In this document: positions 53,441 to 63,289 of the stretch, piece after piece
Numbering within the stretch: the stretch's first letter is position 1
Layout: each line of letters begins with the position of its first letter
Origin: Halobacteriovoraceae bacterium
GTDB lineage: Bacteria; Bdellovibrionota; Bacteriovoracia; Bacteriovoracales; Bacteriovoracaceae
Direction of reading: 5' to 3'
Assembly (NCBI GenBank): GCA_963719505.1
Contig: CAVRCF010000002.1
Span: 64,001-128,000, forward strand
Length of the DNA: 64,000 nucleotides
Made by a program: the position numbers and the translations under genes
Notes under the pieces: model-generated
The model's input: only the letters and a program-made list of their open reading frames with translations
Databases searched by the model: none
Told to the model about the DNA's origin: nothing

Positions 53441-54982
53441 ATGGCACTGAAAATTCAATTTAAGCTAGATTTCGATCACAGCGTTGAGGCTTACTTAAAT
53501 AAAAAATATCCAAAAATGACTGACTTTAGAATTCTTTCTCAGAGTCTGGATGCTCGTGGTGCCCCCAGAGGAAAAAAACCAGTCTATCAATACAATATCG
53601 AGTTGATTAAAGAGGGAGAAAGCTTCACTCAATTTGATGAAACCTTTCCCCAGAAAAAGCACTTTGATAAGATGCCAATATTCGTCGGAGCCGGTCCAGC
53701 CTCATTATTTGGAGCCTTAAGGTTAGCGGAGTACGGCATTCCCTCAGTTGTTATTGAGCGCGGGGAAGAGGCAAAAAAGAGGATGATTCACATCTCAAAG
53801 TACTGGCGTTACGGAGAGCTGGATACGGAAAGTAATGTCTGCTACGGGGAAGGGGGAGCCGGTCTATATTCTGACGGAAAACTCATTACTCGTATTAAGT
53901 CACCGTTTGTAAAATACGTGATGAAAAAATTTGTTCAGTTTGGGGCTCCTGCTGAAACGGAGTATATGTCTAATCCCCATTTGGGTTCAAATAAGATTCG
54001 AAATATCATAACGAAGCTGTCTGATCATTTACGAGAAAAGGGATGTAAAATTCTCTATAACACGCGAGTGGATGAGCTCATTTTTGAAAATGATAAAGTC
54101 AAAGGTGTAAAACTCTCAACTGGAGAGACTCTTTACAGTGACCATATTATTTTAGCGACCGGACACTCTTCAAAAGAGCTCTATAGGCATTTGTATGATC
54201 ATCAAGTGGCCATGAAGCAAAAAGACTTCGCCGTTGGAGTCAGAATCGAACATCCAAGAGCGGTTATAGATCAACTTCAGCATGGAAAGTACTCTGAACT
54301 TTTGGGGTCGGCCAGATATAGACTCTCTTATTATAATGAAGATACAACGAAAGGGACTTATAGTTTCTGCATGTGTCCTGGTGGATATGTTTTATCCTCA
54401 GGAACTGAAAAAGATGGAATTGTAGTTAATGGGATGAGTAACTCTGCGAGAAACTCTCGTTGGTCAAATTCCGCTTTAGTCGTTACTGTGCATGCGAATA
54501 AAGACTATTCAGGTGATCAATTAGCCGGACTTGATTTTCAGCATGAGATAGAGAAAAAAGCTTATGATTTGTCTGTCGAAAAAGCCTCTGGTCGAGAGCT
54601 CCCTGCGATGACGGTCGGTGAATTTTTAAAGGGAGAGTTAAACGATGACCCTCTACCAAAGACATCGAGTCCCTCAAAACTTTTTAAAACTGATATAAGA
54701 GAAATATTTCCAGACTTTATCAATGAGCACCTCCTTGATGGTTTAAAGGACTTTGATTCGAATATGAAAGGATACACCTTTCACGATGCCCTTTTGATCG
54801 CCCCTGAGACCAGAACAAGTGCACCAGTGACGATTCTTAGAGACAAAGTCACTTTGGAATCGGTCTCTCACCAAGGTCTTTATCCCTGTGGAGAGGGAGC
54901 TGGTTATGCGGGAGGAATTACCTCTGCGGCTGTTGATGGAATTAAGATTGTAGAATCTATTTTATCCTCACATAACGCTTAG
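53441..54982 (+). CDS. Uncharacterised FAD-dependent oxidoreductase
   Basis: VGAGPA, GEGGAGLYSDGKL, SFCMCPGG, GEGAGYAGGITSAAVDG. Confidence 0.88.
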   Translation: MALKIQFKLDFDHSVEAYLNKKYPKMTDFRILSQSLDARGAPRGKKPVYQYNIELIKEGESFTQFDETFPQKKHFDKMPIFVGAGPASLFGALRLAEYGIPSVVIERGEEAKKRMIHISKYWRYGELDTESNVCYGEGGAGLYSDGKLITRIKSPFVKYVMKKFVQFGAPAETEYMSNPHLGSNKIRNIITKLSDHLREKGCKILYNTRVDELIFENDKVKGVKLSTGETLYSDHIILATGHSSKELYRHLYDHQVAMKQKDFAVGVRIEHPRAVIDQLQHGKYSELLGSARYRLSYYNEDTTKGTYSFCMCPGGYVLSSGTEKDGIVVNGMSNSARNSRWSNSALVVTVHANKDYSGDQLAGLDFQHEIEKKAYDLSVEKASGRELPAMTVGEFLKGELNDDPLPKTSSPSKLFKTDIREIFPDFINEHLLDGLKDFDSNMKGYTFHDALLIAPETRTSAPVTILRDKVTLESVSHQGLYPCGEGAGYAGGITSAAVDGIKIVESILSSHNA

Positions 54983-55097
54983 CAAGTAAATGTCATAAAA
55001 ATTCCCAACACCCTCTATTTATATAGCTAAATCAGATTTATTCTGTAATACTGGGCCACAATAATCAAAAAATTTATAGAATTTAGATGGAGTTCAA

Positions 55098-56913
55098 ATG
55101 AAACTAAAGAACATTGCTATTGTCGCTCACGTTGACCATGGTAAAACTACTCTTGTCGACGAATTATTAAAGCAATCAGGACTATTTGAAGCTCATGACA
55201 AGTAGCTGATAGAGTTATGGACTCTGGAGAAATCGAAAAAGAGCGTGGTATTACAATTACAGCAAAAAACTGTGCCTTTACTTGGGAAGAATATAAAGTA
55301 AATTTTCTAGATACTCCAGGCCACGCTGACTTTGGTGGAGAAGTTGAAAGATCACTAATGATGGTTGATGGTGTTATTCTTCTCGTTGATGCAGCTGAAG
55401 GTCCACTTCCTCAAACAAGATTTGTTCTTCAAAAAGCAATTGAGCGAGGAATTAAAATCGGCGTTATGATTAATAAAATTGACCGTCACGATGAAAGACA
55501 CGAAGAAGTTCAAGCTGAAATTGAAGATCTTGTTTTAGAGCTTGTTGATCTTGCTGGTGTTGAAGACTTTGATTTAGATATTCCATTTTTCTATGGTTCA
55601 GGACGTGATGGTTACTGTTCTAATGATCCAGCGGCAAGAGAAGGGAACCTTACAGCTCTTCTCGATTTCTTTATTGGTGATTTTTATCCAATGGCAGAAC
55701 TTGATAAAGATAAGCCTCTTCAATTACTCGTGACAAACCTTTCTTACTCTAAATATCTTGGAACTTTGATGATCGGAAGAATCAACAGAGGAGTTATGGA
55801 AGAGAATAAACCATATATGTGGTATGGACGTGAGATGGAAAACCAAAGCAGATCAAAATTGGAAAAATTCAAATTTTTGATGGCTTAGGGTTTAAAGAAG
55901 TTCAATCCGCAGATGCTGGTGAGATTGTTATCTTCTCTGGTGTTGATGATGCCATTATTGGTGATACCATTGCCGACTTTGCCAAGCCAGAGCCACTAGA
56001 GAGAATTAAAATTGATCCACCAACAGTTTCTGTTCAGGTTTCAGTTTCAACTTCTCCTTTATCAGGTCAAGAAGGGGAATACCTTACGTCAAGAAAGCTT
56101 GAAGAATTTCTTATTGAAGCTTTTCGAAAGAACGTTTCTCTTCAATATGCAGCAACAGATGATCCAAAAGTATTTGTTTTAAAAGCGAGAGGGGAACTTC
56201 AAGTTGCTATCGTTTTTGAAGAAATCAGAAGAGCTGGATTTGAGCTTATGATTTCTCGTCCACAAGTTCTTATGAAAGAGGATGAAGATGGCGAAAAATT
56301 AGAGCCATATGAAAAAGTTGTTTTTGATGTTCCAACTGAATCAACTGGTGCTGTAACAGAAGCGATGGGAACACGAAAAGGTTTCATGAAAGGGATGGCC
56401 CAATTGGTGAAACCAGAACAAGAATCGAGTTTAAAGTTCCTGCAAGAGGTCTGATTGGTTATAGATCAAAATTCTTAACAGATACTCGTGGAGAAGGACT
56501 TATGAGTTCTTACTTCGCTGGTTATGAAGCAATATGTTGGTAAAATGTTATCTCGTCAAAACGGTGCTTTAGTTGCCGATAAAGCGGGTGTAACAAGTGC
56601 CTATGGACTGTTTAAAGTTCTTTCTTCAGGTGAACAGTTTGTTAAACCAGAAGAGAAAGTTTACGAAGGAATGGTTGTTGGTGAAGCAACTCGTCCAAAT
56701 GATATGAACATCAATGTGACGAGAACAAAACATCTGACAGCTGTGAGAACGGCAGGTAAGGATGAGAATATTGTTCTTCCACCAATTCAGCCAAGAACTC
56801 TTGAGTGGGCCCTTGACTGGATTGATGACTCTGAGTGGGTTGAAGTTACTCCTGTCAATATCAGAATCCGAAAAAAGGTTCTTGAATCAAATAAACGTTC
56901 AGTTAAAAGATAA
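55098..56913 (+). CDS. typA: Translational GTPase TypA/BipA, about 4 apparent frameshifts
   Basis: [53 protein letters not shown] in collinear fragments. Confidence 0.9.
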
Positions 56914-56940
56914 TGATCGAGTAAATTTATAAGTAGAAAG

Positions 56941-56965
56941 GCCCTCACTTGAGGGCTTTTTTTTT
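56941..56965 (+). terminator. Intrinsic terminator after typA
   Basis: GCCCTCA-CT-TGAGGGC hairpin followed by T9. Confidence 0.85.
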
Positions 56966-57298
56966 GAGACCTGTTTCTTAATAAAGAATAACTTTACTCC
57001 GGAGATATTCGCTACAGATTTCCTAGGCCTTATAATTACCTTTAAATCATCTAGCACCGGACTTATGAGAAGGTCAAGAAAGACACTTAAGTAAGCAATA
57101 GTCGGGATCTTAAAGTTTATAAGGATATTTAAAGGTAAAAGCGACTTTAAATACTGTTTCGCCTCTTTAGTGAAAGAATGCTAATTACACCAACGCAGGA
57201 AAATGTTTTTAGGATTGTTGTTCTTTCGATTACTCATCATAAATTACTCAGCAGAGAAGGAGGTCGTAATCTATTAAAGTAAACGCCTTAAGTTGGAT

Positions 57299-58648
57299 TT
57301 ATCTTACTTCATCAACAACTTTACTAAAGATAAACTTCGCTTTGTTTTGTTCAAATTCAAATTTGCCTTCACCTTGATTAAACCTAATAAATGCAATTCC
57401 TTTGATAGAAAACTCAATATCATTTATTGATGTTGTTTTACCTATTTCTTGGCCAGGTAATGAATAAAGCAATTGATTAAAGTGCTTAGTGAGTACAAAT
57501 GTGAGACCTGTTTTTTTATCTTTGTAAGTTCCAACATACTTATCTAAGATAACATCATCAACAGGTCTTGAGAATTTTGGCTTACACATTTTAGACATGA
57601 TGAGTATTGCACCAATACATTGTGGTGAACTGGAGGTGTTTGCAAGATAAATGAAACCTTTCTTTTTGTGTACATCAAACTGCAAGTCGGAAGTAAAGCC
57701 TCCTGTTCCACCATTGTGGCCCAAACCATGAACTTTACCATCCTCTAACTTTAAACCCCAAGCAATTCCTATCCCCTTATTTCCATCAACAAATCTTGGG
57801 TTCTGAGAAAACCTTAATATACTTTCAATACCCGTATTTTCAGGTGATATATTGGCTTTTAAGAAAAGCATTAAGTCTTTAGGTGTCGACTTTAGAGCTC
57901 CAGCACCACTCATGGTATTTAATAGCAACCAGTACGGAGTTCTTGAAAGTAATTCATTATGGCCAGGAACAAAGAGATCATTCACTTCTTTTGGTACATT
58001 AACATAAGTATTTTTCATACCTAATGGATCTGTAATATATTTTATAACCAATTCTTCGTATGTTAGATTTGTCTTTTTTTGAAGAATAAGTCCAAGAAGT
58101 CCAAAACCTGTGTTGGAATAATTTTTCCAAGAAAATACGGTTGGCTTCTTAATTTCTTTTAGTGACTCTAAGTATGAAAGAAGCATCTTTTCAGTGTATT
58201 TAGCATATGGGTCCTTAATATCGACAATAGTTAGATTGCTAGGAACTCTTGCTAGCCCAGACATATGAGTCGCGAGTTCAATCAAGGTGATATTCCCAGC
58301 GGGTTTATCTTTAAGAGTTTTTAATACAGATGAGACTTTATCATTAATATCTAAAGTACCTTTAAGATGAAGAGAACTAAGAATTAAGCCAGTGAAAACT
58401 TTGGATAAAGAGCCTATTTCAAAGATATTTTCCGGTGTTGGTTTATTAACATTATCATCTGCGATATCTCCAAAGCTATAGAAGTCTTCAATTGAGTCCT
58501 TTTCATAGCTTCCGATAATAATACTACGAAAATCACCGTTTGATATTTGAGACTCAATTGTCGCTTCTAATAGCTTAGGTGAACTTTGGCTAAATGTTGA
58601 GCAAGATAAAATTGTTAGTGAAAAAAATATATTTTTTATAAAACTCAT
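57299..58648 (-). CDS. Exported serine hydrolase, class C beta-lactamase/S12 family
   Basis: FEIGSLSK (SxxK), LATHMSGL, YSN, HNGGTGG; signal or lipoprotein leader. Confidence 0.9.
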   Translation of the reverse strand: MSFIKNIFFSLTILSCSTFSQSSPKLLEATIESQISNGDFRSIIIGSYEKDSIEDFYSFGDIADDNVNKPTPENIFEIGSLSKVFTGLILSSLHLKGTLDINDKVSSVLKTLKDKPAGNITLIELATHMSGLARVPSNLTIVDIKDPYAKYTEKMLLSYLESLKEIKKPTVFSWKNYSNTGFGLLGLILQKKTNLTYEELVIKYITDPLGMKNTYVNVPKEVNDLFVPGHNELLSRTPYWLLLNTMSGAGALKSTPKDLMLFLKANISPENTGIESILRFSQNPRFVDGNKGIGIAWGLKLEDGKVHGLGHNGGTGGFTSDLQFDVHKKKGFIYLANTSSSPQCIGAILIMSKMCKPKFSRPVDDVILDKYVGTYKDKKTGLTFVLTKHFNQLLYSLPGQEIGKTTSINDIEFSIKGIAFIRFNQGEGKFEFEQNKAKFIFSKVVDEVR

Positions 58649-58731
58649 AGCATTTCCTTATATAGTTTTAAGATTTTTAGCCCAAATGTTGTCAGTTTAA
58701 AAGTGAGTTTTGGATTGGACCCCGTTTTAGG

Positions 58732-59535
58732 CTACCTTTGATTTTCTAATAAATACTCTTTCGGGCTCAACATGCCAAGCCCTGAATGAGGTGCTATTTC
58801 ATTATAATCTTTCATCCAACCCTTGATCATCTTCAGCACTACATCCGCACTGTAACAGTCGCTGTTGTAGACATAGTCTCGCTTGATCGTTTTCACAAAA
58901 GCTTCACTCATTCCATTTGATTCTGGGCTATAGGCAGCTGTATAACAGCTTTTTAAACCAAGATGGTTCGCCAAATTCTTAACAGAATGGGCTCGATAAA
59001 TACTTCCTCTATCCGATAAAAATTCTATCGTTCTCAAAGTTTTGTAATCTTTAAACCTGTATTTAACTGCTTTCAGCATCAGACTCTCAATATCAGTCGC
59101 AAGCAGTGGTGATTTTGAAGCTACAAATGAGAGAACCTCTCTGTCACATGTATCTAAAACAAAAGAAACAAAAACTTTTTCTCCGTTAAAGCACTTAATC
59201 TCAAAACAATCACTGCACCACCTTGTATTTGAATGCAGAGTCATTACTTTGCCAGTTGGAGTGTGAGTTCTCGTCACAGCAGACTTTGGAAGAAGAAGTC
59301 CATTCACTCTCATGATCCTGTAGATACGCTTCTTATTAAGCCTTGGATGCCCCAGAGTAAGTCGAAGACGATTGACCATGGCCGTAACTCGTTTATAACC
59401 ATAAGTTGGTCGTAAGGAAACAATTGACCTAATCTGGCTTAGTATTTCTCCATCTTCAGCTTTAAAGTAAAATTTCTTTGAGCTAGTCGTTTTATAAATT
59501 GATTTTGAGTGGACTCCAAACATTTCACAGATCAT
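58732..59535 (-). CDS. IS2-like transposase OrfB (DDE core)
   Basis: YGYKRV, RWCSD, LSDRGS, SPESNGMSEAFVKTIKRDY. Confidence 0.93.
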   Translation of the reverse strand: MICEMFGVHSKSIYKTTSSKKFYFKAEDGEILSQIRSIVSLRPTYGYKRVTAMVNRLRLTLGHPRLNKKRIYRIMRVNGLLLPKSAVTRTHTPTGKVMTLHSNTRWCSDCFEIKCFNGEKVFVSFVLDTCDREVLSFVASKSPLLATDIESLMLKAVKYRFKDYKTLRTIEFLSDRGSIYRAHSVKNLANHLGLKSCYTAAYSPESNGMSEAFVKTIKRDYVYNSDCYSADVVLKMIKGWMKDYNEIAPHSGLGMLSPKEYLLENQR

Positions 59536-59897
59536 TTTTTTTGATCCTTTCTTTTTGAGTTTGATGAATTCTTTTGCTCGATCAACTCCTGTTCCAAGAT
59601 CTTTTTTTTATAAAAATCGATGATATCCTGAGCGACCTCTTCTCTGAGGGTAGATTCACCAACTTTCTTGAGTAGTTTATCTTTGTCTTTTTTAAGTTGA
59701 TCAATTTGTTTCAAAAGGTCAGCAACATCGATATTAGTATCAGGTTTGTCTTTCATAGCTCTTTTCCATTGGTATAAAGTTACTGCATTTATATCATGGA
59801 CTCGTGCTAAAACTGAAATTGGAACACCTTTTGAACGATGTTCCTGTAGAATTTGGATTTTTTGATCTTCGGTAAATCTTCTTCTTTTTCTTTCCAT
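59532..59897 (-). CDS. IS2-like transposase OrfA (HTH)
   Basis: RRRFTEDQK...ARVHDINAVTLYQWK; leucine-zipper-like region. Confidence 0.9.
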   Translation of the reverse strand: MERKRRRFTEDQKIQILQEHRSKGVPISVLARVHDINAVTLYQWKRAMKDKPDTNIDVADLLKQIDQLKKDKDKLLKKVGESTLREEVAQDIIDFYKKKILEQELIEQKNSSNSKRKDQKK

Positions 59898-60160
59898 TTT
59901 TTCCTCCGTTAAGAGGTAGCCGTCAAAAGGGGGTCACGAACAGTTTGTAATAAAGAAGTACTGAAGAATAGGTAATAATACTCATCTCCTGAGTTAAGTA
60001 CTTGTTATGAAATATGTCCAAGCCCTAAAACGTGCTCAGAAGGCCGTATTTTAGATCCAGTGGTACTTTAAACGTGGAGCATGTGATGTATGTTGGGTTG
60101 CCCCATACAACTACTGAGTAAAATGGATTTGGGTTTGTTGTTCTTACTATTCTAAAATAC

Positions 60161-60184
60161 AAAAGCCTCGAAAAGTACGAGGCT
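60161..60184 (-). terminator. Probable terminator of the minus-strand orphan cluster
   Basis: AGCCTCG-N7-CGAGGCT with A-run on its left. Confidence 0.5.
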
Positions 60185-60241
60185 ATAATTTTCTAATTTG
60201 AATCCGCTAATTATCCCATTCCAAAAGTTGGAGGAAAAGCT

Positions 60242-60276
60242 GTTTCGATAATGAGGCTCAGCCTCATTATCGAAAC
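60242..60276. repeat. Perfect inverted repeat, 17-bp arms and 1-nt centre
   Basis: GTTTCGATAATGAGGCT-C-AGCCTCATTATCGAAAC. Confidence 0.9.
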
Positions 60277-60292
60277 TCCATAAACTTGAATT

Positions 60293-60739
60293 TTAATTCT
60301 TAATATTACACTTAGCAGGGCTACTGGTAGTCAACTGCATATTTGTTGAAACTTTACTGATTATTATTCCACCTTCACTACCAAGTAAGGTTCTACGAGA
60401 TATATTTAAATTCGAAGAACCTACAGTGATCATTTCGTTCTTACCGTTTAATGACATTCCACCAAAACGAATATATAATTCATTATCCCCTAATTTAGTT
60501 GAGTCGATAATCTCTAGATCATATGAGCCTCTAACCCCTCTACCTTTTAGAGTAATCTTCGCTTCCTGCAGATCAACCACAGCTTTATGGTTCTTACTAG
60601 TAATAGTACTCCCACTGCCTGTTGACTTACATATTACAAAACGTTTACCAATAATTTCTCGAGCTTGGTCCACTGAAATCTCAGTTGCAAAGCTAGAAAC
60701 ACTTCCTAACGCTAATAATCCTATTAATAATTTTCTCAC
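60293..60739 (-). CDS. Small secreted hypothetical protein
   Basis: GAGGAG RBS; signal peptide ending SFA-T. Confidence 0.75.
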   Translation of the reverse strand: MRKLLIGLLALGSVSSFATEISVDQAREIIGKRFVICKSTGSGSTITSKNHKAVVDLQEAKITLKGRGVRGSYDLEIIDSTKLGDNELYIRFGGMSLNGKNEMITVGSSNLNISRRTLLGSEGGIIISKVSTNMQLTTSSPAKCNIKN

Positions 60740-60873
60740 AATAATCTCCTCGATCTTCCGCTTCTTTTATCATTCTATAAATTTTCAATCATCAAAACAG
60801 TTCTTTGAGCTACTTTTTGTTAAACCTAACTAGCTTTACTGATTAGATAGGCTTAAGCACGATACTTTTAAAT

Positions 60874-61254
60874 TCATTCACAGTTTCCAATCCACTTTGC
60901 ATCTTCTGCTAAAGATACTGCAGATTCAATGCTGTCCCTAGACTCTATCTCTTTAATTGCATTTGATATGGAGTAGTAAATAGGGCTGAGAAGCAGAGAT
61001 CCTCCTACTATTTGCCCCTCAAGAGAACTTACTCCTGCTAATGCGCGAGTCAAGTCAGCCTTAATTAACTGTACTTTAAACTTGATACTGAGATTCTCGT
61101 TATTACTAGTGTCCAAGACAAGTTTTGAGTAAGAGCAAATTTTTTGATTCGTCAGTTTTACAAACATTGGATTTACAACTTGAGTAATATCCATTGCAAA
61201 GACTGAAGATGATAGTAAAATGCTTGTCATTGTTGCTAAAATTAATTTATTCAT
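60874..61254 (-). CDS. Small secreted hypothetical protein
   Basis: AGGAG RBS; signal peptide ending VFA-M. Confidence 0.75.
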   Translation of the reverse strand: MNKLILATMTSILLSSSVFAMDITQVVNPMFVKLTNQKICSYSKLVLDTSNNENLSIKFKVQLIKADLTRALAGVSSLEGQIVGGSLLLSPIYYSISNAIKEIESRDSIESAVSLAEDAKWIGNCE

Positions 61255-61289
61255 GCTTTCTCCTAAAGTTAAGTTGTTTGACTAATTGT

Positions 61290-61883
61290 TTATTTAAAAA
61301 AATCACAGTTTATGTCTGTTTCAGCGTATAGCTTGCCAGGATAGCTCATAATATGATCTAAGCCTGCCCCTTCATTCTGAGAGTTCACAACATGAATTTT
61401 TAATTTATATAATTCTGTGCTACTGAAAGTTGAATGAATATTAATGTTACATGAGCTATCAACGAACCCAACACTTGTCGACGGTTCACTAAAGTAAGGG
61501 ACCCATGAATATCCATTTGGTTCACCAAATTGGTTGAAAACGGGAACTCTTTTTTGAGCTGATACTGAAAAACTGTGACTAGAGCAAGGAAGCATAAAAT
61601 CCTGTCTTCCCTCAACAGATGAAAACGTATATTTCTCAGAGTTATCGGTGTTTTTAACTTGCCCTTTTTTATTGGTACGATATCTTTCTACACTCCCGCT
61701 AACCTCAACTCTTGCAACTCCATCAGAGCATAACTGTAAAGCAGAGCTGTCGATCAGTTTAAGATCTAAAGTTCTTACAATGTCTTCTCTTCCTAGTTTT
61801 AAGTCAGGCGTAATTAGTTCTGTTTTTTCGCATGCAGCAGTTAGACTAATTGCTGTAAGTAATAATAATGTTTTTTTCATCAT
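61290..61883 (-). CDS. Hypothetical lipoprotein
   Basis: AAGGAG RBS; lipobox LTAAC. Confidence 0.75.
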   Translation of the reverse strand: MMKKTLLLLTAISLTAACEKTELITPDLKLGREDIVRTLDLKLIDSSALQLCSDGVARVEVSGSVERYRTNKKGQVKNTDNSEKYTFSSVEGRQDFMLPCSSHSFSVSAQKRVPVFNQFGEPNGYSWVPYFSEPSTSVGFVDSSCNINIHSTFSSTELYKLKIHVVNSQNEGAGLDHIMSYPGKLYAETDINCDFFK

Positions 61884-61934
61884 TTCTCCTTATTGATATT
61901 TATTGTTTGTATGTATTGTTCTAACTTCTATAGA

Positions 61935-61950
61935 AGCAAAACGGATGCCA
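61935..61950 (-). promoter_or_regulatory. Sigma-54 promoter
   Basis: TGGCATCCGTTTTGCT (GG-N10-GC) about 50 nt upstream of 61883. Confidence 0.7.
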
Positions 61951-62231
61951 AGAAAAAAGCATACATTTGAGTATTACTAAAAAAAAAGCGAATAAACCTT
62001 ATTCACCCGTAAAAATATTCGACAATTTTAATACGTTTCTTAATCCGATTTACGTCATAATACTCAAAGACTGACTAGAAATTCATATTGTTGGAAGTCC
62101 AAACCTTACGTATTGATAAAGTTTCCAAGAACTCAAATACCTGTATTTTATTTTGAAGAAATGAGACCTAGGCACCTTTTGACAATAAATTCTTTAGTAA
62201 ATAACGACAAGTGATTAGAATTACAATGATT

Positions 62232-62258
62232 TTAGCTTTGGCGCTCTTTTGCCGATAA
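62232..62258 (+). promoter_or_regulatory. Sigma-28 (FliA)-like promoter
   Basis: TTAG-N15-GCCGATAA (consensus -10 element). Confidence 0.7.
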
Positions 62259-62277
62259 GGAACTAACGGAGGTAATA

Positions 62278-62532
62278 ATGAAAATCATTATTTGTTTGTC
62301 ACTTGTATCAGTATTCGCTTTTGCTAAGAGTTCTTCTTTTTCAGGGTTTAGCGAAGCTTTAAATGAAAATATTGATAAGGTGATAGAGAACAATCCCCAG
62401 ATTTATGAGACAAGAGAAATCAAAAAAGAAACTAAGATAAAGAGGGGACCTGCCTCAGTGAGTACAGATCCCGTAGATAAAACTGAAAAAATAAATGGTT
62501 TTGATAAATTAGAAGTTGGTTCTTCTCATTAA
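62278..62532 (+). CDS. Small secreted protein with RGPAS motif
   Basis: GGAGG RBS; signal peptide ending AFA-K. Confidence 0.75.
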   Translation: MKIIICLSLVSVFAFAKSSSFSGFSEALNENIDKVIENNPQIYETREIKKETKIKRGPASVSTDPVDKTEKINGFDKLEVGSSH

Positions 62533-62542
62533 TACTCAAAGA

Positions 62543-63280
62543 CTAAGATAAGAACTTCTCAAAAAGATTTATCGGCACAGGAAAGATTGTTGATGTTTTA
62601 CCAGCACCTGTTGAGATATCTCTCATCGTATCTAAATACCTTAATGTAATTGCTTCTTTTTGCGTTCCAAGAACAGCAGCTGCTTCCGCAAGTTTTTGCG
62701 CGGCTTGAAATTCCCCATCTGCAGAGATGATTTTTGCTCTTTTCTCTCTTTCTGCTTCAGCTTGTTTCGCCATCGCTCTTTGCATACTCTCTGGAAGGTC
62801 GATCGCTTTTAATTCAACATTCGTTACTTTGATTCCCCATGGCTCAGTTAGTTCATCAAGAATAACTTGGAGCTTATTGTTGATGTCTTCTCTTTGGGAG
62901 AGGATTTCATCTAGCTCATACTGACCAATAACAGATCTTAAAGTTGTTTGAGCAATTTGAGCAGTTGCATGATAAAAATTTTCAACATGGATAATTGATT
63001 TTTCAGGGTTCTTAACGCTGAAATAAACGACACCGTTTACTTTTAACGTCACGTTATCCTTTGTGATAATATCTTGGCTTGGAACATCCATCGTCACAAC
63101 ACGAAGATCAACTTTAACCATCTTCTCAACTCCTGGAATAAGGAGAATGAGTCCCGGTCCACGAACTCCACCAAAAGAACCTAGTCTGAAAACAACGCCT
63201 CTTTCGTATTCGTTTAAAATCTTAACTGAGCTCAATACAAGTATCAGAGCGACAACAATAAATGGGATATAAGTCACCAT
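62543..63280 (-). CDS. Slipin/stomatin SPFH family protein
   Basis: [35 protein letters not shown]. Confidence 0.93.
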   Translation of the reverse strand: MVTYIPFIVVALILVLSSVKILNEYERGVVFRLGSFGGVRGPGLILLIPGVEKMVKVDLRVVTMDVPSQDIITKDNVTLKVNGVVYFSVKNPEKSIIHVENFYHATAQIAQTTLRSVIGQYELDEILSQREDINNKLQVILDELTEPWGIKVTNVELKAIDLPESMQRAMAKQAEAEREKRAKIISADGEFQAAQKLAEAAAVLGTQKEAITLRYLDTMRDISTGAGKTSTIFPVPINLFEKFLS

Positions 63281-63289
63281 AGTTTCTCC

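Larger units (their letters stand above)
58711..59942 (-). mobile_element. IS3-family insertion sequence, IS2 group (1232 bp)
   Basis: Imperfect IRs TGGATTGGACCCCGTTTTAGGCTACCT / TGTTCGTGACCCCCTTTTGACGGCTACCT; flanking 4-bp direct repeat GTTT; orfA/orfB. Confidence 0.92.

Noticed and set aside
56966-57298. Open frame without a start downstream of typA
   Set aside because: No start, RBS or recognisable motif; at best a decayed remnant
59943-60160. Cys-containing peptide fragments beside the IS
   Set aside because: Short and broken by stops; cannot be assigned
57299-61883. Integron cassette array
   Set aside because: No integrase in the window and no correctly spaced RYYYAAC...GTTRRRY attC sites, only a lone GTTAGGT
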